From Minisyncoccota bacterium (GTDB taxonomy: Bacteria; Patescibacteriota; Minisyncoccia; Phycocordibacterales; JABMNX01): DNA of 54,584 nucleotides. A program made the position numbers and the translations under genes. The notes beneath the pieces were generated by a model, which saw only the letters and a list, made by a program, of their open reading frames with translations, made no database searches and had not been told where the DNA came from. This document shows, in pieces, positions 54,501 to 54,584 of this stretch. Position 1 is the stretch's first letter; every line of letters begins with the position of its first letter. The DNA lies in contig JBBDOU010000005.1 in the NCBI GenBank assembly GCA_040876885.1, positions 38,620 through 93,203 of the forward strand. The letters are read 5' to 3'.

Positions 54501-54584
54501 ACCTCCGCGTCTACGAATTCAATGGTTCCACATGGAGTCAGGTTGGAAGTGACTTGAATATTTCAGGTGCGGGTGTTCCCGCAG
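51509..54584 (+). CDS. Giant HTH-anchored, fibre-like surface protein (partial, over 1025 aa, runs off the window); absent from the ORF track
   Basis: ATG 51509. I hand-translated the frame (position mod 3 = 2) to the window end and found no stop. N-terminal HTH KYLSSKEAGDYSGYTHDYISRLCRSGKIPGTKVGKVWFV. TM FAVSLSVLVVFGTYLV. At least 5 copies of the motif (V/F)GIGT..P...L.V.G. GTLRYNTTSSTFEGYNGSTWSGLGG. Terminal 44-45-aa tandem repeats. The minus-strand ORFs listed here are shadows. Confidence 0.8.
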   Translation, partial: MQNGVFLNNIKYLSSKEAGDYSGYTHDYISRLCRSGKIPGTKVGKVWFVEAESFQKFLENHGDHKNEVCQNLSKERKEEYQDSLEEKEVKELSQFSLPKITIPKYISQEVFAVSLSVLVVFGTYLVKDEPFVYATFENSKERVSAQLVSTQENLKNFKNGIHDGLEDSSQKMIASVFEVTSEESIDNFKSSSKEFLTYENLFNTTVHLITGTRDGINNSLASYLEFINTAGDVIVATSYKVLDFERGFSFNDLRFKDTVDVIALSKESVSKAVDAVKNKSIGVYGNAISNVSNIQSAVKDVPNNLSAVSFSTIPNFFEGIAEGARTRIASWLKFGESEESPQEEKEIVQTVINQPVIERVVETERVVVTSGITEEDVTLGLEQLNNKLSAEIYRLSDINAGNIINNYNVISHTNKIDTLKSVAITSSTFVDGTISGSTSFSGTTGSFSGAVSVASLAVSGDTALAGSLSLGGLTVDTAGLVYASSSKNVGIGTSTPYAKLSVVGQVVGEYFTATSTTATSTFSGGLLATRAPTTPHTFSSWTTGATNSALFDAAFVVNPASAVSDSNLISAGVGGSVRFLVDAEGDVFVNNLTSVGSVTLSTTSASTFTVEGNTTLGDSISDTTVINGTLTVTGATSVSTTDGNFGVGTTSPWARLSVSGTSNDSTTPLLSISTSTASATSTAIQVDANGKFGIGTSTPSEQLSVEGNALINGTLTSGALTTTGALTGTHVTANSTSATSTFAGGLAVETSGLVYDYSTNRVGIGTASPAVSLHINGTDGIIIPVGTTAQRPTGQTGTLRYNTTSSTFEGYNGSTWSGLGGVIDVDQDTYILAESSSGADEDVLFFFTGGSEKARLTTAGNFGIGTTSPYAKLSVVGEVVASHFTGTSTSASTFMGNVGINTLNPQGRLSISSANQSLTWSQVGSDLNISGAGVPAVTALSPNRIAFVDSSNDDLRVYEFNGSTWSQVGAGLNINLDNQSITALSPNRIAFIDSGNADLRVYEFNGSTWSQVGSDLNISGAGVPA
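54263..54584 (+). repeat. In-frame tandem repeats (132-135 nt, 44-45 aa) at the end of the giant gene; the array continues beyond the window
   Basis: ACATGGAGTCAGGTTGGAAGTGACTTGAATATTTCAGGTGCGGGTGTTCCCGCAG is identical at 54263-54317 and 54530-54584. ACCGCACTTTCGCCAAATCGGATTGCATTT is identical at 54320-54349 and 54452-54481. Confidence 0.9.

Overview
This window reads as a chromosomal segment from a small-genome, AT-leaning bacterium resembling the Candidate Phyla Radiation/Patescibacteria (Parcubacteria-like). That placement is an inference from a short, divergent 16S, an intron-bearing 23S, few Shine-Dalgarno (SD) sites, and lamin-tail and HTH-anchored giant surface proteins. The standard genetic code applies, since TGA is used as a stop.

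Layout, left to right:
- 1-980: the 3' end of a 23S rRNA gene interrupted by a group I intron, then an abnormal tRNA-like gene, 5S rRNA and a terminator.
- 1.4-9.5 kb: envelope and secretion genes, namely a SEDS protein, a GT4 glycosyltransferase, a priming sugar-phosphate transferase, an epimerase and SecD/SecF.
- 10.06-11.5 kb: an unlinked 16S rRNA with its own promoter, processing stem and terminator. Its 3' tail lacks CCTCC.
- 12.1-12.75 kb: an ORF-poor, pyrimidine-skewed stretch.
- 12.75-13.18 kb: one intact tRNA-Ile(GAT) surrounded by five tRNA-Ile-derived fragments.
- 13.2-15.7 kb: a Fur / ZIP / YibE-F metal cassette bracketed by palindrome doublets.
- 15.8-22.5 kb: rsmI, a DUF4015-like hydrolase, a VirD4/TraG-like ATPase, a RAYT-type transposase carrying its own REP-like palindromes in frame, and a lamin-tail/PKD surface protein.
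- 22.5-43 kb: a translationally coupled glycan-assembly locus of about 20 kb.
- 43.5-50 kb: a hidden Lys-rich histone-H1-like ORF, SecA, a zinc-ribbon mini-ORF, a NUDIX hydrolase, Obg and GatB.
- 50.1 kb to the window end: two membrane-tethered HTH proteins. The second is a fibre-like giant that runs off the window and is missing from the ORF track.

No CRISPR array was seen. All calls are by eye and no searches were run.
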